A stretch of DNA of 64,000 nt from Candidatus Caenarcanales bacterium. Lineage in GTDB: Bacteria > Cyanobacteriota > Vampirovibrionia > LMEP-6097. Within the stretch, counting starts at the first letter, position 1. Every line of letters starts with the position of its first letter. The stretch covers positions 140,682 to 204,681 of the forward strand of contig JABSOS010000005.1 of NCBI GenBank assembly GCA_013216135.1. The letters are read 5' to 3'. Position numbers and translations under genes: made by a program. Below the pieces are notes generated by a model. The model was given only the letters and a program-made list of their open reading frames with translations. It did no database searches and was not told the origin of the DNA. This document shows, in pieces, positions 1 to 9,839 of this stretch.

Positions 1-1
1 A

Positions 2-1471
2 TGGTGTAATTCCATTCTGAGACTCATGTCTATCTAATTTTAGCGACAGCCCATTGATAGCATTAAGCTCAGTTTTCATGATATTCCAGTTATTGATTAG
101 ATCTTGTTCAGCTTGTGTTGGATCACCCATTATTGTGTCAGGATCTATCGCAAATGACGGGTCCTCAAGCATTGCTTCATATAAATATTTAACATCTCTA
201 ATATCAAAAGTTTTTGACGGATCTTTTGCATTACCGATATAGTCTTCAGAGACAGTGGTTACATCGTCCTTAAAAGCATTTATGAGTGAGGAAGTTGTTT
301 TGCCATCAAAACCTCTTGCAAAACTATCATATAACTCAGCACCTGCGGAATTTGCGGCATCAGAAATAGATGAAAATGCTACATTTGATAAGCTACCATC
401 ACCATAAGTACCTGATTGATCGCCTGAAAGTAAATCATAAAGGCTTCTGTTATCTTCTATGTATTTATCACTAGTTAGATCAAAGCTTTCTAGATAAACA
501 TTTACAAGAACTTCATAGTCACTACTTCCTGTTAACCCAAATTCAGCTTTATAATCAGTAATGAATTGAGTGATATTATTTTCATATTCGTTATTTTGAA
601 TTTTATGAAGCATATCATCATCTTTAACTTTTAAATTGCCATTGTTTAATAAGCGTAAGACTTGCTCGTTTAAAAATACTTGCTTGAATTCGTCTAAAGT
701 TAGACTTCCAAGATCGCTAGAATCGATATTATTTGCAAAATCATTAATTTCATCAAAAGCTGTGAGTTGATCTGCAGTGCTCATATTAATTCTTCCGTTA
801 GCATCAAGTGTAAATAGATCCATCGTTCTACCACCACTTAATAGATACTGTGTTTCTGTACCTGAACCGGATCCATTATAAACACTATCCCCATCATGAA
901 TAATGTTTTGTAAATTTTCTAATGCCTGATTTGCTCCAAGGTTTACAGTTGTAGTATTGATTCCCGTATCTAGGTTCATATCTCCAGTTGTGACGAGTGT
1001 TGTAGCATCAAATAAAGTATTGTTGTTAATAGTATTTAAAAAGTCTGCAAGATCAGTTTTACTAGGATCCACTAGATTATTATTATTTTTCAGTGAATTC
1101 TTTTTAAATTCTTTGCTGTCTACGATGTCAGTAATATTACCTTCTAATTGATTCAGGTATCCGAAGCTTACATCGCTGACATAATCTGCGATAAAGTCTA
1201 ATCTTTCGCTAGCTGATTGAACATAGTATTTTTGAGACTCATTCTGCCAATTTTCTGTAGTTGCCTGAGCATTTCCAGCAACTATATTTTCATTACTAAC
1301 TTCATAGCTAGTTAAAAATTGAATTTCACCACTCCCAGATACTTTTTGTATTTCGTTAGGGCTATTTTCTGATGGTATTACAGAGTCTAGATATTCAATA
1401 GAGTCACTGGTTTTTTGCTCCAGATCACTCAGAGAATTAGATACTATACTCCCTAATCGCTCTTGCTCCAT
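2..1471 (-). CDS. Large acidic, Asn/Ser/Asp-rich hypothetical protein (5' part; runs off the left edge)
   Basis: Absent from the ORF track. Manual reading from ATG at 1471 gives MEQERLGSIVSNSLSDLEQKTSDSIEYLDS...; the same frame is open at the window's left edge. Confidence 0.75.
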   Translation of the reverse strand, partial: MEQERLGSIVSNSLSDLEQKTSDSIEYLDSVIPSENSPNEIQKVSGSGEIQFLTSYEVSNENIVAGNAQATTENWQNESQKYYVQSASERLDFIADYVSDVSFGYLNQLEGNITDIVDSKEFKKNSLKNNNNLVDPSKTDLADFLNTINNNTLFDATTLVTTGDMNLDTGINTTTVNLGANQALENLQNIIHDGDSVYNGSGSGTETQYLLSGGRTMDLFTLDANGRINMSTADQLTAFDEINDFANNIDSSDLGSLTLDEFKQVFLNEQVLRLLNNGNLKVKDDDMLHKIQNNEYENNITQFITDYKAEFGLTGSSDYEVLVNVYLESFDLTSDKYIEDNRSLYDLLSGDQSGTYGDGSLSNVAFSSISDAANSAGAELYDSFARGFDGKTTSSLINAFKDDVTTVSEDYIGNAKDPSKTFDIRDVKYLYEAMLEDPSFAIDPDTIMGDPTQAEQDLINNWNIMKTELNAINGLSLKLDRHESQNGITP

Positions 1472-1506
1472 GTAACGTATTTTAGATTAATTTGTTTAAG
1501 ACTTGG

Positions 1507-2124
1507 TTAAGCTAGAAGCTTTTGCTCTTTCATTACATCAACTATATGAGTTGCTGAGTTGAAGCAGGTTCCAGACCATAAAAAAGAGTATTTTTTGAAG
1601 TAACTTAGGTATTCTTTTCTTAGTTTAGTTATATGGACTAAGAATTGATTTTCTTTACTGACACTTGCATCAAAATTTAAATACCTCAGTACAAAATCAT
1701 TCTGAGCAAAGTCTTTTAGTCTAAAGATCGAATTTGAATCTTCAAGATCAACGTCAATACTACTAATCATCTCTTCAAGTACTATTCCAACTTGATTATA
1801 TGAAAGGGTATTTAGGTCAATTAGATTTTCATTAAATACTGTACTAATAGTAAGCTTAGTTATAGCTTTATTGTGAGCCTCGTAGTAGACGTTACCGTGT
1901 GGTAATTCTAATATGAATTCCCAGAGTCCCGTATCGCCATTAATGTATGCCTTAATAGTGACTTCATGCTCTTCAGAATTAGTAAGTTTAATGCCTTGTT
2001 CATAGTTCTTTTCTCTATCTAATGCGACTGTTAATGTATTTAAAAACTGTAAATTGTTAGCTGCTAACTCTAAAACTTTTAAACTTTCATCTAAATTAAG
2101 TGTTTGGTGTGAAAAATCTGTCAT
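1507..2124 (-). CDS. Hypothetical protein
   Basis: 205-aa ORF with SD-like AGAGGGGA upstream; no motif recognised. Confidence 0.7.
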   Translation of the reverse strand: MTDFSHQTLNLDESLKVLELAANNLQFLNTLTVALDREKNYEQGIKLTNSEEHEVTIKAYINGDTGLWEFILELPHGNVYYEAHNKAITKLTISTVFNENLIDLNTLSYNQVGIVLEEMISSIDVDLEDSNSIFRLKDFAQNDFVLRYLNFDASVSKENQFLVHITKLRKEYLSYFKKYSFLWSGTCFNSATHIVDVMKEQKLLA

Positions 2125-2145
2125 ATTGCTTCCCCTCTAAGCGTA

Positions 2146-2481
2146 TTATGCACTAGCCATTAATTCTGACTTGATTTTCCGGGCTTCACTGGTATCATGT
2201 CCATCATCATTACCTGAGCCAAACTCTGAATTGTTATTAAAATTAATATTATTGATGCCACTTTGGTTCATTGTTGCGGCTATTACTTCTGATACATCTG
2301 CTGCAACATTAGGATCTTGAATCATTTCACCTGTTTGAATATTTGCAGTGATTTCTTCAATTTGATCTTTACTGGAACTTATCTCGGCATCATCTGCTTT
2401 TCCAATAGATCTTCTCTCAAGAAGTTCCTTTAGCGCTGGACTATATTGTGGTGTCGATAAATTATTATTTATGCCGTCCAT
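2146..2481 (-). CDS. Small acidic hypothetical protein (start re-called at MDGINNN)
   Basis: Track ORF 2146..2532; the ATG at 2481 fits the upstream box spacing better. Confidence 0.6.
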   Translation of the reverse strand: MDGINNNLSTPQYSPALKELLERRSIGKADDAEISSSKDQIEEITANIQTGEMIQDPNVAADVSEVIAATMNQSGINNINFNNNSEFGSGNDDGHDTSEARKIKSELMASA

Positions 2482-2562
2482 AAGAAAAACTTTTATCCCG
2501 ATCCTTTCTACTAGTCTGGATAACAAATACATATTAAGAATTAGTTATGGATGGGCAGTCAC

Positions 2563-3165
2563 TTATGACTTAACGAGGTAATTTTCTGAGAGTTTTTCCA
2601 TATATTTAGCTAGGACATCTACTTCAATATTGACATTATCACCAGATTTAAGAGCTTTAAGGTTAGTTTTTTCCCATGTTGCTGGAATTATTGTTACGTA
2701 AAAGTAGTCATTGCCGACATCAACTACAGTGAGGCTTATCCCAGAAATAGAGATGGAGCCTTTTTTAATGATGTATTTCGTATAATTCTCAGGAATTTTA
2801 AAGTAAAGGTCATAACTACCATTTTGGTCAATAACTTTATCAAGCTCAGCTATGGTATCTACGTGTCCTTGGACAATATGTCCCCCTAACCTATCTTCAG
2901 CTTTTAAGCAGCGCTCTAAATTTACTTCAGATCCTACTTCTAAGTGCTTTAATGTAGTGACGTCTAGGGTTTCCTTAACTGCTGTAACTTTAAATGAAGA
3001 ATCTGTAAATGAAGTAGCTGTTAAACATACACCATTGATCGCTATGCTATCTCCTTCATGAATATCTTCAAGAATTAGCTTTACTTTAATAGTTATATGC
3101 AAATTAGTATTTTCCCAGTCTAAGCTGAGAATCTTTCCAGTTTCTTCTATGAGTCCAGTGAACAT
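2563..3165 (-). CDS. ribE: Riboflavin synthase (alpha chain)
   Basis: N-terminal MFTGLIEE, GDSIAINGVCLT, VNLER, GGHIVQGHVD, VNIEVD. Confidence 0.97.
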   Translation of the reverse strand: MFTGLIEETGKILSLDWENTNLHITIKVKLILEDIHEGDSIAINGVCLTATSFTDSSFKVTAVKETLDVTTLKHLEVGSEVNLERCLKAEDRLGGHIVQGHVDTIAELDKVIDQNGSYDLYFKIPENYTKYIIKKGSISISGISLTVVDVGNDYFYVTIIPATWEKTNLKALKSGDNVNIEVDVLAKYMEKLSENYLVKS

Positions 3166-3204
3166 AACTGTAGTTTACTATAAACGAAGGGTGCTTTTTC
3201 AATA

Positions 3205-3275
3205 TCAAGGCAAATTTGAGCAACAAAGCTGACGTAAATGAGGCGCGTAGCGGAAAATTTAACGCAGAGCTTGAG
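3205..3275. repeat. REP/MITE-like GC-richer intergenic element with inverted termini
   Basis: TCAAG(gcaaattt)...(aaatttaacgcagag)CTTGA nested inverted segments in an AT-rich intergenic region; single copy in this window. Confidence 0.35.
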
Positions 3276-3291
3276 ACAGCAAGCGAGTTTA

Positions 3292-4071
3292 TTAGATCAT
3301 TTCTGCTTTGATGATTTTCACAGGATTAGAACAACCATCATCTCCTGGGAAAGGAGGAACATTTTCTTTAACTATAGTTTTTACTACATCCATTCCTTCG
3401 ATAACTTGTCCGAAGATAGCGTAGCCATATGGATCAACTCCACCTGGATCTAGACTAGGTAGTGGTTCTAAGTCGATAAAGAATTGAGAGCTTGCAGAAT
3501 CAGGATCTGAAGTTCTAGCCATAGCTACGACTCCTTCTTTATCGTGACGGAAATTAGTTTTTTCCATCTTAATATATCTTGGTTTATTGGTTTCTGGATC
3601 TTCAAAGTTTCCAGTCCCTGTTCCGTAAGGGCAACCACCTTGAACTACGAAGCCAGGAATGATTCTATGAAAGCCGATACCGTTATAAAAACCTCTGCTT
3701 ACTAGATCTTTAAAGTTTCCAGCTGTAATAGGAGCTTCTTTAAGGTAAAGTTTGATTTTAATGTCACCTTTTTCTGTTTTTAATAAGGCAACATCTTTAG
3801 CAGTTTCTGCTTTTTCTTCTTTAGGTTTAAGTTCTTGTGATTCCATCGTTATTTTCCCTTTAGAGTTTGATTTTGAAGTATCTAAAGCAAAAACAGAAGA
3901 TGTTAGAAAACTAACATTAATAATATAGAAAGCAAATAAAAAGAATAATGAGAGTTTAGTCTTACTCTGCAGCTTTTTCTGCTTCAGTGTTAGGTGTAGC
4001 TTCAGGTTTTGCTTTTGCATCATCTTTAACTTTAGCTGCTTTTTTTGCTGACTTGTTAGCCATAGCAGCAT
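3292..4071 (-). CDS. ppiA: Cyclophilin-type peptidyl-prolyl cis-trans isomerase (start uncertain; ATG 3846 or an upstream start inside rplS)
   Basis: APITAGNF, FYNGIGFHRIIPGFVVQGG, AMART, SASSQFFI, YAIFGQVIEGMDVV. Confidence 0.92.
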   Translation of the reverse strand: MLLWLTSQQKKQLKLKMMQKQNLKLHLTLKQKKLQSKTKLSLFFLFAFYIINVSFLTSSVFALDTSKSNSKGKITMESQELKPKEEKAETAKDVALLKTEKGDIKIKLYLKEAPITAGNFKDLVSRGFYNGIGFHRIIPGFVVQGGCPYGTGTGNFEDPETNKPRYIKMEKTNFRHDKEGVVAMARTSDPDSASSQFFIDLEPLPSLDPGGVDPYGYAIFGQVIEGMDVVKTIVKENVPPFPGDDGCSNPVKIIKAEMI

Positions 4072-4417
4072 TTTGAATAGTTTTAAGTCTAGTAGCTTTA
4101 GTACCTATTCTACTTCTTAGGTAATATAACTTAGCTCTTCTAGTTTTACCACTTCTAATAACCTTAATTTTTCTGATTTTAGGTGAGTGTAATAGGAAAG
4201 TTCTTTCGATACCGATTCCTTGGAAAATTCTTCTAACTCTGAAAGTTTTATTAACTCCAGTACCTGAAATAGCAATAATTAAACCTTCGAAGTACTGAGA
4301 ACGTTCTTTTTTCCCTTCCTGGATAATAGTCTCAACTTTAACAGTGTCACCAACTCTAACTTCTGGTGGTTGTTCTTTTAACTGTTTTGCTTCGATTTCT
4401 TTAATTAGTTGGTTCAT
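3962..4417 (-). CDS. rplS: 50S ribosomal protein L19 with an Ala/Lys/Glu-rich C-terminal extension
   Basis: VGDTVKV, EGKKERSQYFEG, GIERTFLLHSP, RRAKLYYLR. Confidence 0.97.
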   Translation of the reverse strand: MNQLIKEIEAKQLKEQPPEVRVGDTVKVETIIQEGKKERSQYFEGLIIAISGTGVNKTFRVRRIFQGIGIERTFLLHSPKIRKIKVIRSGKTRRAKLYYLRSRIGTKATRLKTIQNAAMANKSAKKAAKVKDDAKAKPEATPNTEAEKAAE

Positions 4418-4559
4418 TATTATGCCTCGAATTTAACATTATAGTATTAATAATTTGTTTTTGCATATAATTTTTTAAGTTATTTAATATTTCATTTTAT
4501 GCTTAATCTATTTTTAAGGTCAGCTATCAATAATAGCTATACTTGGAAGAGTAATCTGT

Positions 4560-6089
4560 ATGAAAAGACTTTCATTTCTAGTATTTTTGTTGTTCTTTTT
4601 TAGCATTCCGGTTAAGGCTGCAGGTATTTTAGCTGTTTGTGAAGATGGGCGTCTTCCTACTAATTGTCCTAGAAATAGCATTAAATTTCCAACATATGAA
4701 ATTACTGGTAACAGGACAATAGTGGAATACAGAATTGACCCAGGAGCTTTAGGAGATTTTAACTCCTCGACTTTAGAATCTTCGGTTTCTGAGATCTTAA
4801 CTAAATGGGAGGATATTTCTAGTCTTGATATTCAAGCTGAAGGAAATGGTTTTATCCCCTTTGATGTTAATCCAAGTAATTACCAATCAATTCTTGAACC
4901 ATCCTCACCTTTAGGTTACAGCCCTATAGTTTTTGATGATAATGGTGCAATTCTTACTGATATTTTAGGATTCGGGGCGAGGCAGGATGTTTTAGGTTTT
5001 GCAGCTACGCGTTTTTATACCACTAGAAATGGAGCTATTGAAAATATTTTTGAATCACAGACTTTAATAAACGGTTTTTTGTTTACTCTAAGAAATAGAC
5101 CTGACTTTAATAGTGAGGCTGAAATGTTGGATAATTTCAAAACTACTGTTCTCCATGAGTTTGCACATATGGTTGGTTTAGACCATAGCCAGGGTGGACA
5201 GGTTGATGACTTCTTAGATTTGGGGTCTGGTTTGAGTGATGAGCAAAAAAGTACTTTTCCTGTTATGTTTCCAGTAGCTATTAATCCTACTCTAGACCTT
5301 CAACGAGATGATATTGTTGCGATGAACATAGGGTATCCTCGAAACTCTATAGTATCTGGTACTGCAAGCATCAGTGGCAGTGTTATTAATGGTAATAATG
5401 GCGTAAGAGCCGTAAATGTAATTGCTTATAATATAGATGATCCTTTAGGTGAACTTGTTACTTCTGTTACTGACATAGATGGAAAGGATCAAGGTAATTT
5501 TTTCATTCCAAGTTTAAATCCAGGTACTTACGTGCTTAAAATTGAACCTATTGCTAATGCTTTTGTTGGTGGATCATCAGTTGGGATTCATGCACCAGAT
5601 TCAAATACTTCTTCTATTCCTTCAGCATTCTATAATGGATCTGAAGATTTATTATTAGGTTTAAATTTAGAGCAAGGTTTAAGCCAAGCTTTTCCTATAG
5701 TTTTAACTGCTGGTCAAGAGTTAGAAAATATTACTATAAATATAGGTGAAGAACCTAAGAGCTTTAGTCTAAGAGGGCGTGCTGTAAATAGTTTAAATTT
5801 TCTCAATGTTGGACGAAATTCTAGAGCTAATTTAAGAATAGTGAAAGAAGGAAGTGGAACTAGATTAATTACTCTTTCCACGCCAAACCCTGAGCTTGTT
5901 AGCTTTTCCAGAAATCCTGTAAGGATAGGGGTAAGACGTAACGCAAAAAGAGTAAGGGTTAGATTTAGACCATTTAATGAATTTTTAGCTATTTTCCCAA
6001 GCTTAAGTAGTTCTACTATTGAAATTCCAATCACTGCAACAGATACAGTTACAGGAGATTCTGTTACTACTAATATAGAGGTATTTTGA
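4560..6089 (+). CDS. Secreted metzincin (matrixin/M10-like) metalloprotease with C-terminal beta-sandwich domains, paralog 1
   Basis: Signal peptide, HEFAHMVGLDH (HExxHxxGxxH), Met-turn PVMFP, carboxypeptidase-regulatory-like segment (LNPGTYVLKIE). Confidence 0.85.
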   Translation: MKRLSFLVFLLFFFSIPVKAAGILAVCEDGRLPTNCPRNSIKFPTYEITGNRTIVEYRIDPGALGDFNSSTLESSVSEILTKWEDISSLDIQAEGNGFIPFDVNPSNYQSILEPSSPLGYSPIVFDDNGAILTDILGFGARQDVLGFAATRFYTTRNGAIENIFESQTLINGFLFTLRNRPDFNSEAEMLDNFKTTVLHEFAHMVGLDHSQGGQVDDFLDLGSGLSDEQKSTFPVMFPVAINPTLDLQRDDIVAMNIGYPRNSIVSGTASISGSVINGNNGVRAVNVIAYNIDDPLGELVTSVTDIDGKDQGNFFIPSLNPGTYVLKIEPIANAFVGGSSVGIHAPDSNTSSIPSAFYNGSEDLLLGLNLEQGLSQAFPIVLTAGQELENITINIGEEPKSFSLRGRAVNSLNFLNVGRNSRANLRIVKEGSGTRLITLSTPNPELVSFSRNPVRIGVRRNAKRVRVRFRPFNEFLAIFPSLSSSTIEIPITATDTVTGDSVTTNIEVF

Positions 6090-6093
6090 CGCA

Positions 6094-7623
6094 ATGAAAA
6101 GACCTTCATTTCTAGTACTTTTGTTTTTCTTTTTTAGCATTCCAGTGAGTGCAGCAGGTATTTTAGCTGTTTGTAATGATGGTGGTGACCCTAGTAACTG
6201 TTCTAGAAATAGTATTCAGTTTCCTACTTATGATATCTCTGGAAATAGAGCAGTCGTTGAATACAGGATTGATCCAGGTAGTTTAGGAGATTTTAGTTCT
6301 TCTACTTTAGAGACTTCTGTTTCTGAGATTTTAGATACTTGGGAAGATGTTTCGAGTTTAGATTTTCAGACTGAGGGAAATGGTTTTATTCCTTTTGATG
6401 TTAATTCAAGTAATTATGAATCTATCCTTTTTCCATCTTCTCCGCTTGGGTATAGTCCTATTGTTTTTGATGATAATGGTACTATCTTGACAGATATTTT
6501 GGGGGCTGGAGCGAGGCAAGATATTTTAGGCTTTGCTGCTGCTCGCTTTTTTACTACTAGAAATGGTGTTGTCCAAAATATTTTTGAATCTCAGTCATTA
6601 ATTAATGGTTTTTTATTCACACTTAGTAATAGACCTGATTTTACTAGTGAAGCTGATATGCTCGCTAATTTTAAAACTACTATTCTTCACGAATTTGCAC
6701 ATATGGTTGGGATAGACCATAGTCAAGGTGGGCAGATTGAAGATTTCCTTGATTTAGGATCTCGTTTAAGTGATGAACAAAAAAGTACTATTCCTGTGAT
6801 GTTTCCTATCGCAATTAATCCGACTTTAAGATTGCAGCGAGATGATATCGCTTCTGTTAATATTGGTTACCCAAAAAATTCAGTGGTAAGTGGCACGGCA
6901 AGTATCAGTGGTAGTGTCATTAATGGTAATGATGGTGTTAGAACTGCAAATGTAATTGCTTACAATATTGATAATCCTTTAGAGGAACTGGTTAGCTCTG
7001 TAACCGACGTAGATGGAAGAGATCAGGGTAATTTTGTTATTCCTAATTTGACTCCAGGTACTTATGTGATTAAAGTTGAACCTATTGCTGATGATTTTGT
7101 TGGTGGTTCTGTTGTTGGGATACATGAGCCTGATTCAAATACTTCTTCAATACCTTCAGCTTTTTATAATGGTTCTGATGACTTACTTTTAGACCTAAAT
7201 TTAGATCAAGGTTTAAGCCAAGCATTTCCTATCGTGTTAACTGCTGGTCAAGATTTAGAGAATCTTACTATTAATATAGGTGAAGATCCTAAGAGCTTTA
7301 GTCTGAGAGGAAGAGCTGTAAATAGTCTTAATTTTCTTAATGTCGGACGAAGATCTAGAGCTAATTTAAGAATTGTAAAAGAAGGGACGGGGATTAGACT
7401 TGTTACTCTTTCTAGTCCTAATCCTGAGTTAATAAGCTTTTCTAGAAACCCTGTAAGAATAGGTTTAAGACGCAACGCAAAAAGAATCAGGGTTAGTTTT
7501 AGACCATTTAATGAATTTATAACTACTTTCCCTGATTTGAATAACTCTACTGTAGAAATTCCTATAACTGCTACTGACACTGTTACGGGAGATACTGTTA
7601 CTACTAATATTGAGATTTTTTAA
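6094..7623 (+). CDS. Secreted metzincin metalloprotease, tandem paralog 2
   Basis: Same 509-aa length and colinear with paralog 1; HEFAHMVGIDH, PVMFP. Confidence 0.85.
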   Translation: MKRPSFLVLLFFFFSIPVSAAGILAVCNDGGDPSNCSRNSIQFPTYDISGNRAVVEYRIDPGSLGDFSSSTLETSVSEILDTWEDVSSLDFQTEGNGFIPFDVNSSNYESILFPSSPLGYSPIVFDDNGTILTDILGAGARQDILGFAAARFFTTRNGVVQNIFESQSLINGFLFTLSNRPDFTSEADMLANFKTTILHEFAHMVGIDHSQGGQIEDFLDLGSRLSDEQKSTIPVMFPIAINPTLRLQRDDIASVNIGYPKNSVVSGTASISGSVINGNDGVRTANVIAYNIDNPLEELVSSVTDVDGRDQGNFVIPNLTPGTYVIKVEPIADDFVGGSVVGIHEPDSNTSSIPSAFYNGSDDLLLDLNLDQGLSQAFPIVLTAGQDLENLTINIGEDPKSFSLRGRAVNSLNFLNVGRRSRANLRIVKEGTGIRLVTLSSPNPELISFSRNPVRIGLRRNAKRIRVSFRPFNEFITTFPDLNNSTVEIPITATDTVTGDTVTTNIEIF

Positions 7624-8291
7624 TGCTAAAGCTTTTAGATTTAGAAATCAGAAATCCAACTGATCTTAGTCTAGAAGATTATAAAGCAGCTCAGCATATA
7701 GTGACTATGAATATTGAGCAGCTTGTGTTAGCTGATGAAGACTTTGACTATAAAAAGGTTTTAAAAGAAGCTTGTTGTATTATCCCTGATGGTGAATCGA
7801 TAGCTCTTCTTTCTAGATTGCTTGGGAAGCCAGTGAAGAAGTATGCTGGGATTGATTTAGCAAGTGATCTTATTAATAATTCTGAGAACGTAGTTTTTTG
7901 GGGGGCTTCTGAAGAAGTGAATGACACTCTGAAAGACTCTTTTCAAAATGGAATATATTTCCAGAATGGATTTTATGATCATGAAGATGAAATTACTTTG
8001 ATAGACAAAATCCCTAAAGCTAAAATTGATTTATTTTTAGTTGCACTTGGAAGCCCGCGGCAAGAGCTTTTTATAAATAAATATAAAGATTATTTTCCAG
8101 ATACTACCTTTATCGGTGTTGGAGGTTCTTTTGATATATGGGCTGGAAAGCTTGCTAGAGCTCCAAAGTATATGATTGATATGAAACTTGAATGGCTATA
8201 CCGTATATACCAAGAGCCTTACAGAATCAGAAAGTTTTCAAAGAATTTACTCGCTTTACTGAAATTCTTGTTTTATAATGGCAGTATATGA
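7623..8291 (+). CDS. WecB/TagA/CpsF family glycosyltransferase
   Basis: IIPDGESI, GIDL, VALGSPRQE, GVGGSFD, LEWLYRIYQEPYR. Confidence 0.9.
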   Translation: MLKLLDLEIRNPTDLSLEDYKAAQHIVTMNIEQLVLADEDFDYKKVLKEACCIIPDGESIALLSRLLGKPVKKYAGIDLASDLINNSENVVFWGASEEVNDTLKDSFQNGIYFQNGFYDHEDEITLIDKIPKAKIDLFLVALGSPRQELFINKYKDYFPDTTFIGVGGSFDIWAGKLARAPKYMIDMKLEWLYRIYQEPYRIRKFSKNLLALLKFLFYNGSI

Positions 8292-9838
8292 AATTCACCC
8301 TTAAGAAGTTAGATCTTGAAAAGAGTTTAGGAAATCTTAGTAAAGCTTCTCAATTAAAGTCGGATGCTTTAGTTATAACTAGTTATCAGTTAGCTGATAC
8401 GAAAAAGAAAAAGTTAAGTGGTCTTGTTGCTGCTTTTGATGAAACTTTAGGTGGTGTTATCACTGACTTAGTTAATGATGAGAATTTTAAATTTAAAACT
8501 GGGGAAACCACTAGTGTTCGTTTAAGTGGTTCAGAAAGAGCAGCTTTTGCTTTAGGTCCTATTAAAAAAGTAATTTTAGTTGGGCTTGGTGAAGAAGAAG
8601 AATTTGATAAAAAAGCTGAAAGAAAGGTTGCTGCAAGCATTTTAAGAAAAGCTAAGTCTGAAAAAATCACAAGTCTTGCTGTTGATAGCTTTGGTGATAT
8701 TGGTCTTTTAGTTGAGACTTTAGGTCTTGTGAATTATGAATTCACAAAGTATAAGTCTTCAGATGATAAGGATGATAAAAAACAACTATCTGAAATTACT
8801 ATTTTAAGTAGTTCAGTTACAGCGAAGGAAAAAGAAGCTGTTGCTAAGTCTGAGATTATTATTGATTCAGTTAATAAAGCAAGGGATTTAGTTTGGGAGC
8901 CAGCTTGTGTAGTTAACCCTACTTACCTTGCTAAAGAAGCTAAGAAAATTAAAGGTACTGGAATTACTGTAAAAGTAATGGAAAAAGCTCAGTGTGAAAA
9001 GCTTGGTATGGGTGCTTACTTAGCTGTAGCTCAAGCTGGTGGTCAACCTCCTAAGTTTATTGAGATGAGTTATAAGCCTAAAGGTAAAATCAAAAAGCAC
9101 ATTGCTATCGTAGGTAAAGGAGTTACTTTTGATAGTGGTGGTTTAAGTTTAAAGCCTTCTAAAGCGATGGAGATGATGAAGGAAGATATGTCTGGTTCAG
9201 CAGCTACTATAGGGTTAATGAATGCTATCGCTAAGCTTCAACCTGCTGGAATTCAAGTTACAGGAATTATTGCAGCTACTGAAAATATGCCTAGTGCTTC
9301 TGCTTATAAGCCAGGTGATGTTATCACTGCGATGAATGGGAAGACTATTGAAGTTAACAATACTGACGCAGAGGGACGTTTAACTTTAGCTGATGCTGTA
9401 GCTTATGTTTCACAGAAAAATCCTGATGAGATTATTGATATCGCGACTCTTACAGGTGCTTGTATGGTAGCTCTAGGAAATACATGTGCTGGGATTATGA
9501 CTAATAATCAAGATTTACTTGACCTTGTCAAAGCTGTTGCTGATGAGCAAGGTGAGAATATGTGGCAACTTCCACTTTATGATGAGTATAAAGAGAAACT
9601 AAAATCTACTATCGCTGATTTAATCAATGCTGGTTCTGGAGGACAAGCTGGAGCACAGAATGGTGGTCTATTTATTCAGGAATTTGTAGGTAATAAAGGA
9701 ACTACTAAGAAGCCTATTCCATGGTTACATATTGATATCGCTGGACCCTGTTGGTTAGATGATGCGAGTGACTGGTCACCTAAAGGTGCTTCTGGTATTC
9801 CGGTTAGAACGCTTTTAAATTATATTTTGAGTGTTTAA
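8288..9838 (+). CDS. pepA: Leucyl aminopeptidase (M17)
   Basis: VGKGVTFDSGG, MKEDMSG, NTDAEGRL, WLHIDIAG. Confidence 0.96.
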   Translation: MKFTLKKLDLEKSLGNLSKASQLKSDALVITSYQLADTKKKKLSGLVAAFDETLGGVITDLVNDENFKFKTGETTSVRLSGSERAAFALGPIKKVILVGLGEEEEFDKKAERKVAASILRKAKSEKITSLAVDSFGDIGLLVETLGLVNYEFTKYKSSDDKDDKKQLSEITILSSSVTAKEKEAVAKSEIIIDSVNKARDLVWEPACVVNPTYLAKEAKKIKGTGITVKVMEKAQCEKLGMGAYLAVAQAGGQPPKFIEMSYKPKGKIKKHIAIVGKGVTFDSGGLSLKPSKAMEMMKEDMSGSAATIGLMNAIAKLQPAGIQVTGIIAATENMPSASAYKPGDVITAMNGKTIEVNNTDAEGRLTLADAVAYVSQKNPDEIIDIATLTGACMVALGNTCAGIMTNNQDLLDLVKAVADEQGENMWQLPLYDEYKEKLKSTIADLINAGSGGQAGAQNGGLFIQEFVGNKGTTKKPIPWLHIDIAGPCWLDDASDWSPKGASGIPVRTLLNYILSV

Positions 9839-9839
9839 T

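Noticed and set aside
3166-3291. FMN riboswitch upstream of riboflavin synthase
   Set aside because: None of the conserved RFN blocks is present on the minus strand.
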